Shown piece after piece: positions 28,510 to 38,653 of a DNA stretch of 64,000 nt. Origin of the DNA: Candidatus Poribacteria bacterium. Lineage in GTDB: Bacteria; Poribacteria; WGA-4E; PCPOR2b. Position numbers and translations under genes: made by a program. Location of the stretch: contig OZ242326.1 in the NCBI GenBank assembly GCA_965208325.1, positions 704,001 to 768,000 on the forward strand, written 5' to 3'. Position 1 is the stretch's first letter. Each line of letters starts with the position of its first letter. The notes under the pieces were generated by a model. The model was not told where the DNA came from. It ran no database searches and saw only the letters and a program-made list of their open reading frames with translations.

Positions 28510-30501
28510 CTATTCTGCATCGACCTTTATTGACAACTCCTCCAACTGTTCGTCAGAGACCCCGGATGGTGCTCCCGTGAGCAAGCATAATCCTTTTTGC
28601 GTTTTTGGAAACGCGATGACTTCGCGAATATTCTCCTCGCCGGTCATTAGCATTATTATGCGGTCCAGCCCGGGTGCAATTCCAGCGTGCGGCGGTGTGC
28701 CGTGTTGCAGGGCTTTTATGAAATAACCGAATCGCCTTTCAACTTCTTCGGGACTAACGCTCAAAAGATCCAACACCTTCTGTTGAATGTCCCAACGATG
28801 AATTCGGACACTGCCGCTGCAAATCTCGATGCCGTTGATGACGAGATCGTAGTGCTGGGACCGGGCAGCACTAGGATTGGTATCCAAAAGCGGAACACTC
28901 TCGTCAGCGGGCGCTGTGAAGAGATGGTGAAAGGGTTCGTATCGCCGTTCGTCGTCGTTCCATTCGAACAGCGGATAATCGACAATCCAGAGGAAGTTGA
29001 AACGCCCCTCATCAATGAGGCCGAGCCGCTTGCCTAGAAGAAGACGAAGGTTTGATAGCGCGTCTGCAACGACCCTTGGTTGGTCAGCGACGAACATCAT
29101 TATGTCTCCCAACTTCGCTCCCATCCGCTGCGCTACCGCCGTGAGGGTGTGTTCCCTGAAAAACTTTACGATGCTGGACTCGAATCCGTTCTCGGTTACC
29201 TTTATCCACGCCAATCCTCTCGCTTTATAGATTGCGGCGAAATCGGTTAAGTCTTCAATCTCTTTCCTAGAAAACGCGGCTCCGCCGGAAACGGCGATGC
29301 CTTTTACCTGTCCATCTCGTTCCAAGGCGCCCTTAAAAACCTTGAAGTCACAGTCGGCGACGAGGTCGGAAACGTCGGCGAGTTCCATCCCAAAGCGAGT
29401 ATCCGGTTTATCGGTGCCGAACCGCGCCATTGCGTCGTCGTAAGCGAGGCGTGGAAACGGAATTTCCACGGATATGCCCGAGGCTTCCTCAAAAATCCGC
29501 TTCATCAAGCCTTCAGTGACTTCAAGGACATCGTCAACGGTCGCAAAGGACATCTCAAAATCGAGTTGGGTGAACTCAAGCTGGCGATCAGCGCGCGTGT
29601 CTTCATCCCGGAAGCAGCGGGGAATCTGGAAGTAGCGATCTACGCCGCTCATCATGAGAATCTGCTTGAACTGTTGCGGCGATTGTGGAAGCGCATAAAA
29701 ATTGCCCGCGTTAAGACGGCTTGGCACCAGCACATCCCGTGCACCTTCAGGTGTACTATTCATCAGGATTGGGGTTTCGATTTCAAGAAATCCCTGTTCG
29801 TCCATGTACTTCCGGGCAGCAAGCATAGCCTTGTGCCGGATGGCTAAATATTTCTGCATCTTGGGGCGACGGAGATCGATGTATCGGTATGTCATACGAA
29901 TCTCTTCGTCGGTGTCGATGTCGTCCTCAACCAGAAACGGCGGCGTTTTGGCAACGTTCAAAATTTCCAATTCTTGTGTTGCGACCTCAATCTCGCCCGT
30001 TGGGAGGTTGAGGTTTATTGTGCCCAAGTAAACGCTAACTTCGGTGGCAGTCATCTTTATAACGTAGGTTCGTTTACTTGCCCTGTCAGTCATCAGCCAC
30101 TTGTCTACTTCGCCTCGGTTCAATATCTCAACATTCTGGGAAACCGGGTGGCCGTTTGCCTTGAACGCACCTCGTAATTCCTCTGAAAAATGCAGAGCCG
30201 CCAAATCGGTTTCATGTTCTAATCCGAGGTTGAATAATAGGTCGCCCTCTAACCGTTCTCGAACTGTGCCGCTCACGGCCAACACAAACTCACCGCGAAT
30301 TTGGTTTGCAACCTTATGGGCTTCAGCATCAATCTTGGGATCGAATACGACTTGTGAAATTCCCGTCCGATCCCGTAAGTCTGCGAAAATCACGCCGCCA
30401 TGGTCTCGACGGCGAGCAACCCATCCAGTTAACTGCGCCGATTTACCGGCATCGGCGAGCCGCAACTCTCCACAATAGTGCGTCCTCTTCATGTCAGGCA
30501 T
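28510..30501 (-). CDS. aspS: Aspartate--tRNA ligase (probably non-discriminating) with a 74-aa insertion
   Basis: RTHYCG, RRDHGG, TPEGARD, ALPQSPQ, CFRDED.RADRQ.EFTQLD, GSVRIH, PPHAG.A.GLDR and IREVIAFPK motifs. Confidence 0.97.
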   Translation of the reverse strand: MPDMKRTHYCGELRLADAGKSAQLTGWVARRRDHGGVIFADLRDRTGISQVVFDPKIDAEAHKVANQIRGEFVLAVSGTVRERLEGDLLFNLGLEHETDLAALHFSEELRGAFKANGHPVSQNVEILNRGEVDKWLMTDRASKRTYVIKMTATEVSVYLGTINLNLPTGEIEVATQELEILNVAKTPPFLVEDDIDTDEEIRMTYRYIDLRRPKMQKYLAIRHKAMLAARKYMDEQGFLEIETPILMNSTPEGARDVLVPSRLNAGNFYALPQSPQQFKQILMMSGVDRYFQIPRCFRDEDTRADRQLEFTQLDFEMSFATVDDVLEVTEGLMKRIFEEASGISVEIPFPRLAYDDAMARFGTDKPDTRFGMELADVSDLVADCDFKVFKGALERDGQVKGIAVSGGAAFSRKEIEDLTDFAAIYKARGLAWIKVTENGFESSIVKFFREHTLTAVAQRMGAKLGDIMMFVADQPRVVADALSNLRLLLGKRLGLIDEGRFNFLWIVDYPLFEWNDDERRYEPFHHLFTAPADESVPLLDTNPSAARSQHYDLVINGIEICSGSVRIHRWDIQQKVLDLLSVSPEEVERRFGYFIKALQHGTPPHAGIAPGLDRIIMLMTGEENIREVIAFPKTQKGLCLLTGAPSGVSDEQLEELSIKVDAE

Positions 30502-30573
30502 TGTGCGTATTTCGTTTCTCCTTGTTGTGAAATTTGACCCTTGGGCAAAATATAGTTACCGCAAAAAATCGGT

Positions 30574-30954
30574 CTAACCCGCGAGCGGAATTGGCGGCTT
30601 CTCAACGAGGGTGATTGGTACCGCCTCGGTCAACGAAGGCGTATAAACGGATACTTTTAGGATTTCGTTCACGGGCGGTTTCGTAATAATTTCAATAACC
30701 GTTTCGCGCCAGTCTGGTTCAATTTCATCCAACCCCACTAAAGGAAAACTTCGCGGACCTAATTTAGTTAATTGTATTAACACTGAGAATTCCATGAGTG
30801 TCAGGCCAACTGCGCGTTTTTCGGCACGATTGAATCGTAACAGGATATTTTCATTCAACTCGACAGCCGTTGTCGCTTTCTCGCCCGGAAAAAATGAGAT
30901 GTACAGCACATCGGCAGTCTTGTCGTAAGCGTAGACCGCTTTCTTATTCATCAT
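30574..30954 (-). CDS. DUF2283-like protein (putative antitoxin)
   Basis: YDKTADVLYI ... ENILLRF ... AVGLTL pattern. Confidence 0.7.
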   Translation of the reverse strand: MMNKKAVYAYDKTADVLYISFFPGEKATTAVELNENILLRFNRAEKRAVGLTLMEFSVLIQLTKLGPRSFPLVGLDEIEPDWRETVIEIITKPPVNEILKVSVYTPSLTEAVPITLVEKPPIPLAG

Positions 30955-31033
30955 TCACCTTGTATCCAGCTAGGACTTATCCCGAACTATCCAGCGTTTA
31001 TCTGAGCATTCATTTGATTGCAAGTTCATAGAT

Positions 31034-32287
31034 TTACTGATTCTTCAATTCCTGTCCCAACCTATCAAATTCAACCGCCCGCTGATTTCCACTTTCCATA
31101 TCTCGAACCGTGGCCGCTCCATTCTTAATCTCATCTTCCCCAATAATCACGACATATTTCACTCCGAACTTGTGCGCTGTTTTCATCTGTGCCTTCAAAC
31201 TGCGTCCGTTGTATTCAAGGTCAGTTCTGATTTGGCTATCGCGGAATTTTTCCGCTAATTGGAAAGCGATAGGCATTGCTTCATCGCCGAGTACGGCGAT
31301 GTAAACGTCAATTGGCGGCTGCGGCGAAATCTCGATTTTTTGTGCTTCCAAGGCAAGTATTATGCGATCTACGCCAAGCCCAAAGCCAATCCCCGGAGTC
31401 GGTTTGTTGCCCAGTTCTTCGACCAGGTAATCGTACCGTCCACCCCCTCCGATAGCGTCTTGTGCACCGAGTCCGCCTGCCGTGAATTCAAACGTCGTGC
31501 GAGAGTAGTAATCCATTCCCCTAACGAGATTCGGATTCTCGGTAAACTCAATTCCCAATAACTTGAGGTAATGTTTCACAGCGTCGAAATGCTCGCGGCA
31601 CGAATCGCATAGATATTCCAGCAGTTTAGGTCCCTCAGATAGAATTTCACGGCACCCCTTCTTGCAGTCAAAAAGACGCAATGGGTTACGTTCATAGCGG
31701 CCTTGGCATTCTTGGCAAAACTGATTAAGACGCGCTTTTGTAAAAGCCTTGAGATCCGACACAAATTTTGGACGACAAGCACGATCGCCAATGGTATTGA
31801 GGTGTAACTTCAAATCTTTGATTCCAAGCGTCGAATAAAATTTATGGGCTAACGCGATGACTTCCGCATCAACCGCAGGTTCAGCCGCGCCGAACACCTC
31901 CACTCCAACCTGCCAATGCTCACGATAACGTCCTGCCTGCGGCCGTTCGTACCGGTACATTCGCCCATTGTAATAAAGTTTCAAGACGCTCGCGCCTTCG
32001 AGCAGCCGATTTTGAATGACAGCACGAACAACGGGTGCTGTCCCTTCTGGCCGCAGCGTGACGCTCCGGTTGGCTTTATCGTTGAAAGTGTACATCTCCT
32101 TTTCAACGATGTCAGTAGTATCCCCCACACCTCGGACAAATAGATCGGTGTTTTCAAAAATTGGGGTGCGGATTTCGTGATACCCGTATGTCGAAAACAC
32201 AGATCTCGCGACACTCTCCACCCACTGCCATGTTTGAGTCTGTGAAGGAAGGATATCTCTGGTGCCCTTTGGTGATTGAATCTCCAT
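31034..32287 (-). CDS. hisS: Histidine--tRNA ligase
   Basis: PKGTRD, KEMYTF, LRPEGTA, RYERPQAGR, LVRGMDYY and GGGRYD motifs. Confidence 0.97.
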   Translation of the reverse strand: MEIQSPKGTRDILPSQTQTWQWVESVARSVFSTYGYHEIRTPIFENTDLFVRGVGDTTDIVEKEMYTFNDKANRSVTLRPEGTAPVVRAVIQNRLLEGASVLKLYYNGRMYRYERPQAGRYREHWQVGVEVFGAAEPAVDAEVIALAHKFYSTLGIKDLKLHLNTIGDRACRPKFVSDLKAFTKARLNQFCQECQGRYERNPLRLFDCKKGCREILSEGPKLLEYLCDSCREHFDAVKHYLKLLGIEFTENPNLVRGMDYYSRTTFEFTAGGLGAQDAIGGGGRYDYLVEELGNKPTPGIGFGLGVDRIILALEAQKIEISPQPPIDVYIAVLGDEAMPIAFQLAEKFRDSQIRTDLEYNGRSLKAQMKTAHKFGVKYVVIIGEDEIKNGAATVRDMESGNQRAVEFDRLGQELKNQ

Positions 32288-32296
32288 GTCGTGCTG

Positions 32297-33445
32297 TTAA
32301 CTCCCAATTACCCGCTGAATCTTCCTTAACGATTCCGTTGCCGCATGCCGCAATTCCTCATTTTCGTCATTTCCAAGCGCTTGTAAGGCGGCAACGACTT
32401 CACTGTCGCAATAGATGACCTTTCCTAATGCTTTTGCTGCCCAAATCCTATCAGCCTTCTCAAGTAAGACTAGCTGCTCGCCGTGCGCAATGGCGGATTG
32501 GATTTCTCCATTTTCAATTTTCTGGCGCAACCGTTGTTCGCAAAACCCAATGTGCCCTACTGCTTCCGTCACCGAAAGCCACAAGCTGTTAACCTTCACA
32601 TTTTCCAATTCGCCGAGCAAAAATTCTTTGTAGAGACTTAAGAAATAGTTTTCAAATGCTAAAGTCCGCTCACAGATGTTTTTGAGTTGTTTCCTGTCAT
32701 CTGTATCTTCAGGAACGCAATACTCCCATGTTCTACGGCATTTGGCATAAACGTCTTGGATAAGGTCTGTCCATTCATCGTTGATGCGTGTTCGATATTG
32801 TTTCAGACAATCGTTTTTATCATTGACATATATATTGGCTTTGAACGCTATAATCGCCAATGCGGATTTGCCTACACAGTTGATTATCTCCTTGGTGCCT
32901 GGGCGTAACGTTCCAACCGCGTCGCGCGCTTTTCGTTTGTCGTAACCATAAAACTGCCCTTCAGGGTCAGGATAATTCAGTGGGAACACGAGACATTCTG
33001 GTTTCCCGCGGATTCGTGAATAGAAACGATACGGGACATGCATCGCGGCGCGTCTATACCAATCAAGAGGTATTAACCTTATTTCATCGCGTACATCTTC
33101 CCCATATAGCAAGGTACTGGCAAACTTAAGCGTTGGAAATCCGAGGCGTAACGCCTGTCCTTCACTATAAAGATTGAGTTCCAATGGAATTGGACTCATC
33201 AACGAACAATTTTGGCTCGTCTGCTGTGCTTTTTCATTTTCTTCTAAACTGATGAAATTGTCAATGAACAGGATGTCAACGTCAATGTCGCTTGCCGGAA
33301 CCGCAGTGCCATCCGTATAACTTCCTGTCAAGTAGTAACCTCGAATTCGATTGGGAAAAACCGATTCAAATATTCCAATTGCACCACGTAAAATATCGTC
33401 AACCCTTCGGTTGCCGACAGAATTGAGTAGGGAGACGGTGTTCAT
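32297..33445 (-). CDS. Pol-beta-type nucleotidyltransferase domain protein with C-terminal HTH and HEAT-like repeat
   Basis: GYYLTGSY.DG....SDIDV motif; WLSVTEAV..IG..EQRLRQKI HTH; AAKALGK...VAAL..L..DENEELRHAA. Start moved to ATG 33445. Confidence 0.7.
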   Translation of the reverse strand: MNTVSLLNSVGNRRVDDILRGAIGIFESVFPNRIRGYYLTGSYTDGTAVPASDIDVDILFIDNFISLEENEKAQQTSQNCSLMSPIPLELNLYSEGQALRLGFPTLKFASTLLYGEDVRDEIRLIPLDWYRRAAMHVPYRFYSRIRGKPECLVFPLNYPDPEGQFYGYDKRKARDAVGTLRPGTKEIINCVGKSALAIIAFKANIYVNDKNDCLKQYRTRINDEWTDLIQDVYAKCRRTWEYCVPEDTDDRKQLKNICERTLAFENYFLSLYKEFLLGELENVKVNSLWLSVTEAVGHIGFCEQRLRQKIENGEIQSAIAHGEQLVLLEKADRIWAAKALGKVIYCDSEVVAALQALGNDENEELRHAATESLRKIQRVIGS

Positions 33446-33452
33446 CTGAAAT

Positions 33453-36400
33453 TTACGATTTCGGTTGCATCGCTGCCTGAATCTTGCGCCGTTGCTCTTG
33501 AAGTTCCGCAACACTGGGGGCAAGGCGAAGCGCTTCGGCATTAGCTTTCAATGCATCGCCATATCGCTTCTGTGACAAGTAAAAATCCGCCAAATCTTTG
33601 TGTAACAGCGGCTCGTCCGGTGCAATGCGAATTGCACGCTTGTACGAATCAATTGCTTCGCTAATTGCCTTCTCGCCCGCATATATATTGCCTAAAATAT
33701 AATGCCCACGCCACAAATTTGGGTTAACTTCCAAAGTCTTCTCTGCATACTGGCGCGCTTCCGGCATCATGTTTTTAAGACGGTAGATAGATGCCATAGC
33801 CGCGAATATTTCAGCGGGAAGATTTGAATCTAACGCCTCAAGGCGTTGGTAAGTCCGCAGCGCTTCATCATTGCGTTCTTGGCGTTCATAAATAGGTCCG
33901 AGTAGGAGGTAAAAGTCTAGACGATTTGGTTCAAGTTCAATCGCAGTCTCAATGGCTTTAGCGGCCTCGTTTAATTTCCCTTGGCCTTCGTTGATGACCG
34001 CGAGTTGAACGTAGCCTTCCGTATCGCGAGGATTAGTTCGCAAGGCCTGTTTCACGACCTGTTCAAGTCGCTTGAGCTCGTTTTGCTCCTCCTTACGAAC
34101 CAATCCGGCTGCAACACCAAGATGGTATCGAATCACCTCGTCGCCGGGATTAATTGCCAATCCACGGTTAAAATGGCCAAATGCGTCCTCATATTCTCCC
34201 GCGACATGGGCAAGTTGGCCTTGAATGAGATTCTGAGTGGCGTCGAAGTAAAGGGCCGCCCGTTTTCTCACTTCGGTTTTCTCCGCCATCGATTTACCAT
34301 AATTCTTCAGGTACGGGTTGACGCGTTCGCGGTGTTTCGCCAGTGCTGAAATAATTCTCCTACTGGCTCCTACAGACTGGTTTGTACGGATTAACCCCAA
34401 ATTCGGACGGCTATCCGAATAAACAGCGCCGTATCCGGCATAGTTTCGGAGAGCATCCTCACTCATCATAAACGAATCCAGCAACGACATACCGTCAAGG
34501 TCATCCCCTGCGAGCGCATCGCTGATGTTTGCAATTTGTGTTCTGCCCATAAAGTCTACAAAATCAATCTTGAGTCGTTCAGATGTGCCAATCAAGACGG
34601 CGAAGTCAGGCGAGTATTTGTACCATAGTGTTGTGTGAGGAAAAACTTCAAGCATTGTCCTCAAAGCCATTTTGAAATGCACGTCGGAGTTTAACCGGAG
34701 CGGAAGCCACTGGCATAAAATACCATCTTCGTTCAAAGCCCGTTTGCAGAGTCGGTAGAATTCTGTCGTGTTGGTTTGCGAATACCATGCCGCGGGAGAG
34801 GATGTGAAGGACCTCACTGAGATGATGTCGTACTTTTCGCCCGTTACTAGCAGATGGTTCCGCTCGCCATCAATCGTCAACTTGAATTGGGGATTGCTGA
34901 GAATATGGTGATTTACATTAGCGAAATGTGCGCGCGTTTCTTCGACGACATCTTTTGAAGATTCGACCGTATCCACATAAACGCCATGTTTCGTCATTGA
35001 GTAGGCTGTTAAGCCCATGCCGAACCCAACTACAAGTGCACGTTTCGGCTCAGGATGTAAGAGTACCGGGAGGTGGGCGATTAGACGATGTGAAGGAGAG
35101 TCCCAGCGGGAAGTATCAGCAATCTTACGCGCACCTATATACAGCTGATGGGCTCCCTTATCATCCTTTAGCACCGACACATCAGCATCAACGCCATGTT
35201 TTTGGGAAATGATTGTGCTGCCCACGCCTCGTGTGAGGTAGCCCGAATTGCTGATGAACAGAGGGTTATCTCCTGTGTATAACACAACCAGTCCGAACCC
35301 AACGGTAAGGATTACTCCACCGGCCGCTGTGCCATTAAGGATTTGCCTGGTGCGTACGGCGTTAGCTTGTGCTGAGAAAACCGTGGCGCAACCTAAAATC
35401 GCGCTCAGGGCCGATGTCAGGACAATGCCCGGACGAACGCCAATAAACGGCACAATGATGAACCCCGCGCAGAAAATTCCCGCGATTGCACCAACGATGT
35501 GAATCGCGCTGACGATGCCAATACTGCGCCCTAGTCGCGCGCCGTCGTGTGAGAAAATCCGCACTGCCATCGGAAAACACCCGCCAATCAACACTGCTGG
35601 AACAACTATCACGACCGTACACCCAAAAAGCGACGCAATCCCGCCGCCGATTGGAAGTAGTTCGCTCAGAATCGGTATCGACGCTACGCCAAAAATCCCG
35701 ATGGCAATCTGCATCAATCCGAACAAACTAAAAAGAGACTTAACGCGGTCAGTTACTCGAGCGAATAACATACTCCCGATAGCGATGCCAAACAGTAAGA
35801 CTGCCAAGAAAAATGTTGTCGCCGCAAAATCGAGCGAGTGCACCAAGGCACGCCTCCAGAGCATTGCATAAGTCATCGTGCAGAAGCCGGAGACAGCAAA
35901 TGCCAAGAAAGCTAACCGATTTGGCGCAAGCGGTTCGGTTGTATCTGGGCGAGATTCCGCGTGCGTTGCGGTTATATGCTTCTCGTCCTTAACACTCGAA
36001 ATACCACTTACCGACTGCCGAGGCAGCCCAAAGGCTACGGCTGCGGCAACCAAATTAATGCCCGCGCATAAATAAAGAGACGGCTGAACCCCTAAAGTTT
36101 GTAATAGGAAATATCCCACCGCGAGGCATCCGATGGCGCCGCCAAGCATCTTGATACCGTTGAGAACGCCGACGTGGAATCCAAGACCGTCCGCACTCCG
36201 CACGAAAACCCTGCACAACACAGGTAATGTGCCTCCCATCAGAATCGACGGGACAATCAGGACGAGAAAGGATAAAGCAAACCGAATGAACAAAAGCGAA
36301 TAGAACTCCCCATTAAGCGCGCGAAAGGCTAGAATGTGCGCGGCGTTTAGCACATTCAATAGCAATGGGGAGACAAGGGCAAATACACCGATACCTAATT

Positions 36401-36629
36401 CAAGAATAGCATATAACCGTAATGGACGGTCTTCACGATCCGCGGCCCGGCCAAAGTACAATGCCCCTACTGCTAATCCCGACATCAGTGCTATCAGCAC
36501 CGTGCTCACCGGCAGTGTCGTGCTGCCAAAGATCAGAGTGAGTTGGCGTATCCAGATTACCTCGTATATCAAGCCAATGGCACCCGCAAAGAGGAAGATT
36601 AGCCGCACAACCGGTTTAATGTTTCGCAC
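33453..36629 (-). CDS. Fused membrane domain / spermidine-synthase-like SAM-binding domain / TPR protein
   Basis: YEVIW.R.L.L.FG.T membrane domain, ALVVGFGMGLT, EFY...KRAL..DG..CQW, then multiple TPRs. Confidence 0.85.
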   Translation of the reverse strand: MRNIKPVVRLIFLFAGAIGLIYEVIWIRQLTLIFGSTTLPVSTVLIALMSGLAVGALYFGRAADREDRPLRLYAILELGIGVFALVSPLLLNVLNAAHILAFRALNGEFYSLLFIRFALSFLVLIVPSILMGGTLPVLCRVFVRSADGLGFHVGVLNGIKMLGGAIGCLAVGYFLLQTLGVQPSLYLCAGINLVAAAVAFGLPRQSVSGISSVKDEKHITATHAESRPDTTEPLAPNRLAFLAFAVSGFCTMTYAMLWRRALVHSLDFAATTFFLAVLLFGIAIGSMLFARVTDRVKSLFSLFGLMQIAIGIFGVASIPILSELLPIGGGIASLFGCTVVIVVPAVLIGGCFPMAVRIFSHDGARLGRSIGIVSAIHIVGAIAGIFCAGFIIVPFIGVRPGIVLTSALSAILGCATVFSAQANAVRTRQILNGTAAGGVILTVGFGLVVLYTGDNPLFISNSGYLTRGVGSTIISQKHGVDADVSVLKDDKGAHQLYIGARKIADTSRWDSPSHRLIAHLPVLLHPEPKRALVVGFGMGLTAYSMTKHGVYVDTVESSKDVVEETRAHFANVNHHILSNPQFKLTIDGERNHLLVTGEKYDIISVRSFTSSPAAWYSQTNTTEFYRLCKRALNEDGILCQWLPLRLNSDVHFKMALRTMLEVFPHTTLWYKYSPDFAVLIGTSERLKIDFVDFMGRTQIANISDALAGDDLDGMSLLDSFMMSEDALRNYAGYGAVYSDSRPNLGLIRTNQSVGASRRIISALAKHRERVNPYLKNYGKSMAEKTEVRKRAALYFDATQNLIQGQLAHVAGEYEDAFGHFNRGLAINPGDEVIRYHLGVAAGLVRKEEQNELKRLEQVVKQALRTNPRDTEGYVQLAVINEGQGKLNEAAKAIETAIELEPNRLDFYLLLGPIYERQERNDEALRTYQRLEALDSNLPAEIFAAMASIYRLKNMMPEARQYAEKTLEVNPNLWRGHYILGNIYAGEKAISEAIDSYKRAIRIAPDEPLLHKDLADFYLSQKRYGDALKANAEALRLAPSVAELQEQRRKIQAAMQPKS

Positions 36630-37092
36630 AATTCTTTTCCCTATACACCATCTCCAATTATTCAGGAGTTTACATTCGTTATCGGATTCCGCCGCTCAAA
36701 AACTCATTATATCACATACATCCCCGCATTGTGTACATCAAAATAGGAAGGTGTGGTGCGCGCAAACAATGCAACCACTCATTTGGAAATTCTCCAATCA
36801 AAATGCCACTGAAGCAAAAAGTTTTCCTGGTACAAGGAGCTTTTTTTATGCGCGGCGGGCTGGTCGTCAGGTTACGCGTTAATTATTGACCTTGACGTGA
36901 TATGACCAAGAACTGCAATTTCATGAGTGAAGCGTGCGCAAGATCTGCCCCATACTATAATCTTGATTTGGAGTATTCGCAGGAATAAATTGCGGCTGTG
37001 GAAAATGGAGACAGGTATGGGGCATGACAACAAAGTTACTAGATCCGCAGTCCTTTGTCACAATCTCGCTTTGAGGTAGGAAGAAATCGCTA

Positions 37093-37402
37093 TTAACGAT
37101 TTCTGGAATTAAGAATTAATGGATAATCCCGAACGACGAGATCTGGGACGACAAGGTTTCCATCAACGCTAAGCGTTCGCAGCGGTTGTTCAAAACCGTT
37201 CAGGGTATCAATGCCAAATATGCTTTTTTCCGAGAAGTCTTGACGGGTCACGGTTGCTTTTGCGCCGAGGGCGGTGTTGTGAGGCACAACGTCGTCACAC
37301 AGGGAAATTAGGTAACCTCCATCAGGCAGGGCAAATCTATATCACGCAATCTGATCGGCATGCGTTGTGATTTGTCAGGGTAGTTCGAATGCCCTTGCAC
37401 CC
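37093..37402 (-). pseudogene. Probable 3' remnant of a decayed gene
   Basis: The track ORF frame extends upstream as GARAFELP*QITTHADQIA*YRFALPDGGYLISL...VRDYPLI with two in-frame stops; protein-like but no convincing start. Confidence 0.4.
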
Positions 37403-37483
37403 GTAGGTTTTCATGTCGTGTTTTCTGTGACACTGCAAATTTCCGCCATTCGCTCTTTTGGACTTGAATTATCAAATCCGCAA

Positions 37484-38248
37484 TCATCGGTTTGTTTTGG
37501 CGTTTGCCCAGGTGGTAGCCAATGAATCGCGGAGAGATACGGAAAACACGCCCGGATTGAATTCAAACAGTCCAGCCATCTCTTTTTCATCTAGCGGGCG
37601 GCTATAAATTCGCACCTCATCTAGAATGCCCACAAAACCGGCGAGTCCACAGCAGAACCCCAAGCGAAGCGGCGATACGCTTGGATCGAGAGTGGCATTA
37701 TTGGTTGCCACGCGACCTATGAGTTTGCCATTGGCATAGTAGGCGCCGCTCTGATTTTTCGACTCAAAGGTTCCTGCGATATGATGCCAAGTTTCCAATT
37801 CCAACTGTGGCCCCGTACGCGTCCCCTGCCATCCGCCGCCCGAAAACAGGTCAAGCCGACCGCCGCCGCGCAATAAGTCCAGATTGTATTGATCCGTGAA
37901 GATGACTCGATTTTCCCCGGCGAAATCCAATTCAGTAGGGAAAACCCATGCAGCGGCAGTGAAATCCTTTTGCACGGTTAAAGCCGGGTTTGCTGGGATA
38001 CGGGCTTGGGCGTTCTTATCGGGAAAGCGCAATCCTCTCCCGAATTTTCCCCTATTCTCTCGAACGGATGTCTGTATATTTCCGTCAATTTCGCCCCCGC
38101 CAGCGTCCCTGATTGAATCATCTCTTCCCTCAAAAGGATAATACGCAATAAGACCTTCGTCGAACTCAGCAGACATCACTGGACCAGACCATCCTAAAAG
38201 TACAAAAAGCCAAAAGGCAAATCCATATGACCATTGAGTTTTCACCAA
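37484..38248 (-). CDS. Secreted LamG-like (concanavalin A-like) jellyroll protein with C-terminal TW-x-x-K tail
   Basis: Signal peptide, LIAYYPFE, GKFGRGL.F, WHHIAGTF, GILDEVRIY and SVSLRDSLATTWANAK. Confidence 0.85.
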   Translation of the reverse strand: MVKTQWSYGFAFWLFVLLGWSGPVMSAEFDEGLIAYYPFEGRDDSIRDAGGGEIDGNIQTSVRENRGKFGRGLRFPDKNAQARIPANPALTVQKDFTAAAWVFPTELDFAGENRVIFTDQYNLDLLRGGGRLDLFSGGGWQGTRTGPQLELETWHHIAGTFESKNQSGAYYANGKLIGRVATNNATLDPSVSPLRLGFCCGLAGFVGILDEVRIYSRPLDEKEMAGLFEFNPGVFSVSLRDSLATTWANAKTNR

Positions 38249-38537
38249 ATCTTTCTTTCCAATTCGTAATGAATGCTTAACGTGAATCTATAATATGTAT
38301 TGAGTTGGATTTTGAGGATGGTGTGGACAAATCGTGGATAGCATCCCGCGTCGCGGAAAACTATGGCTTCTATGTTCAAATCTGCAGACTAAGTTATGGG
38401 GAGTGACAGATAGTAAACACGTGTTTGTTTAGCTAAGTCTAATATTGCTTTGAGGGAAGGACACAAGCGGAAGTTGGATTGAAACCTGAATAATTGCGGA
38501 CTTACTAACACTTTATCAGGCGGCAAGGTTTTGAATC

Positions 38538-38591
38538 ATTGTGTTGAGACCAAGTGTAGCCGTATCCGCTTGGTCTCAATACAATCTTTTG
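38538..38591 (+). terminator. Long hairpin plus T-run, oriented on the plus strand
   Basis: ATTGTGTTGAGACCAAGTG / CGCTTGGTCTCAATACAAT 19-bp stem with two G-U pairs, followed by CTTTTT. Confidence 0.6.
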
Positions 38592-38653
38592 CTCAATCAG
38601 CACTCGTCCTTAACGAGCTACTGATTTGACGCTCTTGGTTGAGACGAAATCGC

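Noticed and set aside
30022..30243. Intein or coding palindrome as the explanation for the AspRS insertion
   Set aside because: Too short, no N-terminal Cys/Ser or C-terminal His-Asn, and the DNA ends are not inverted repeats.
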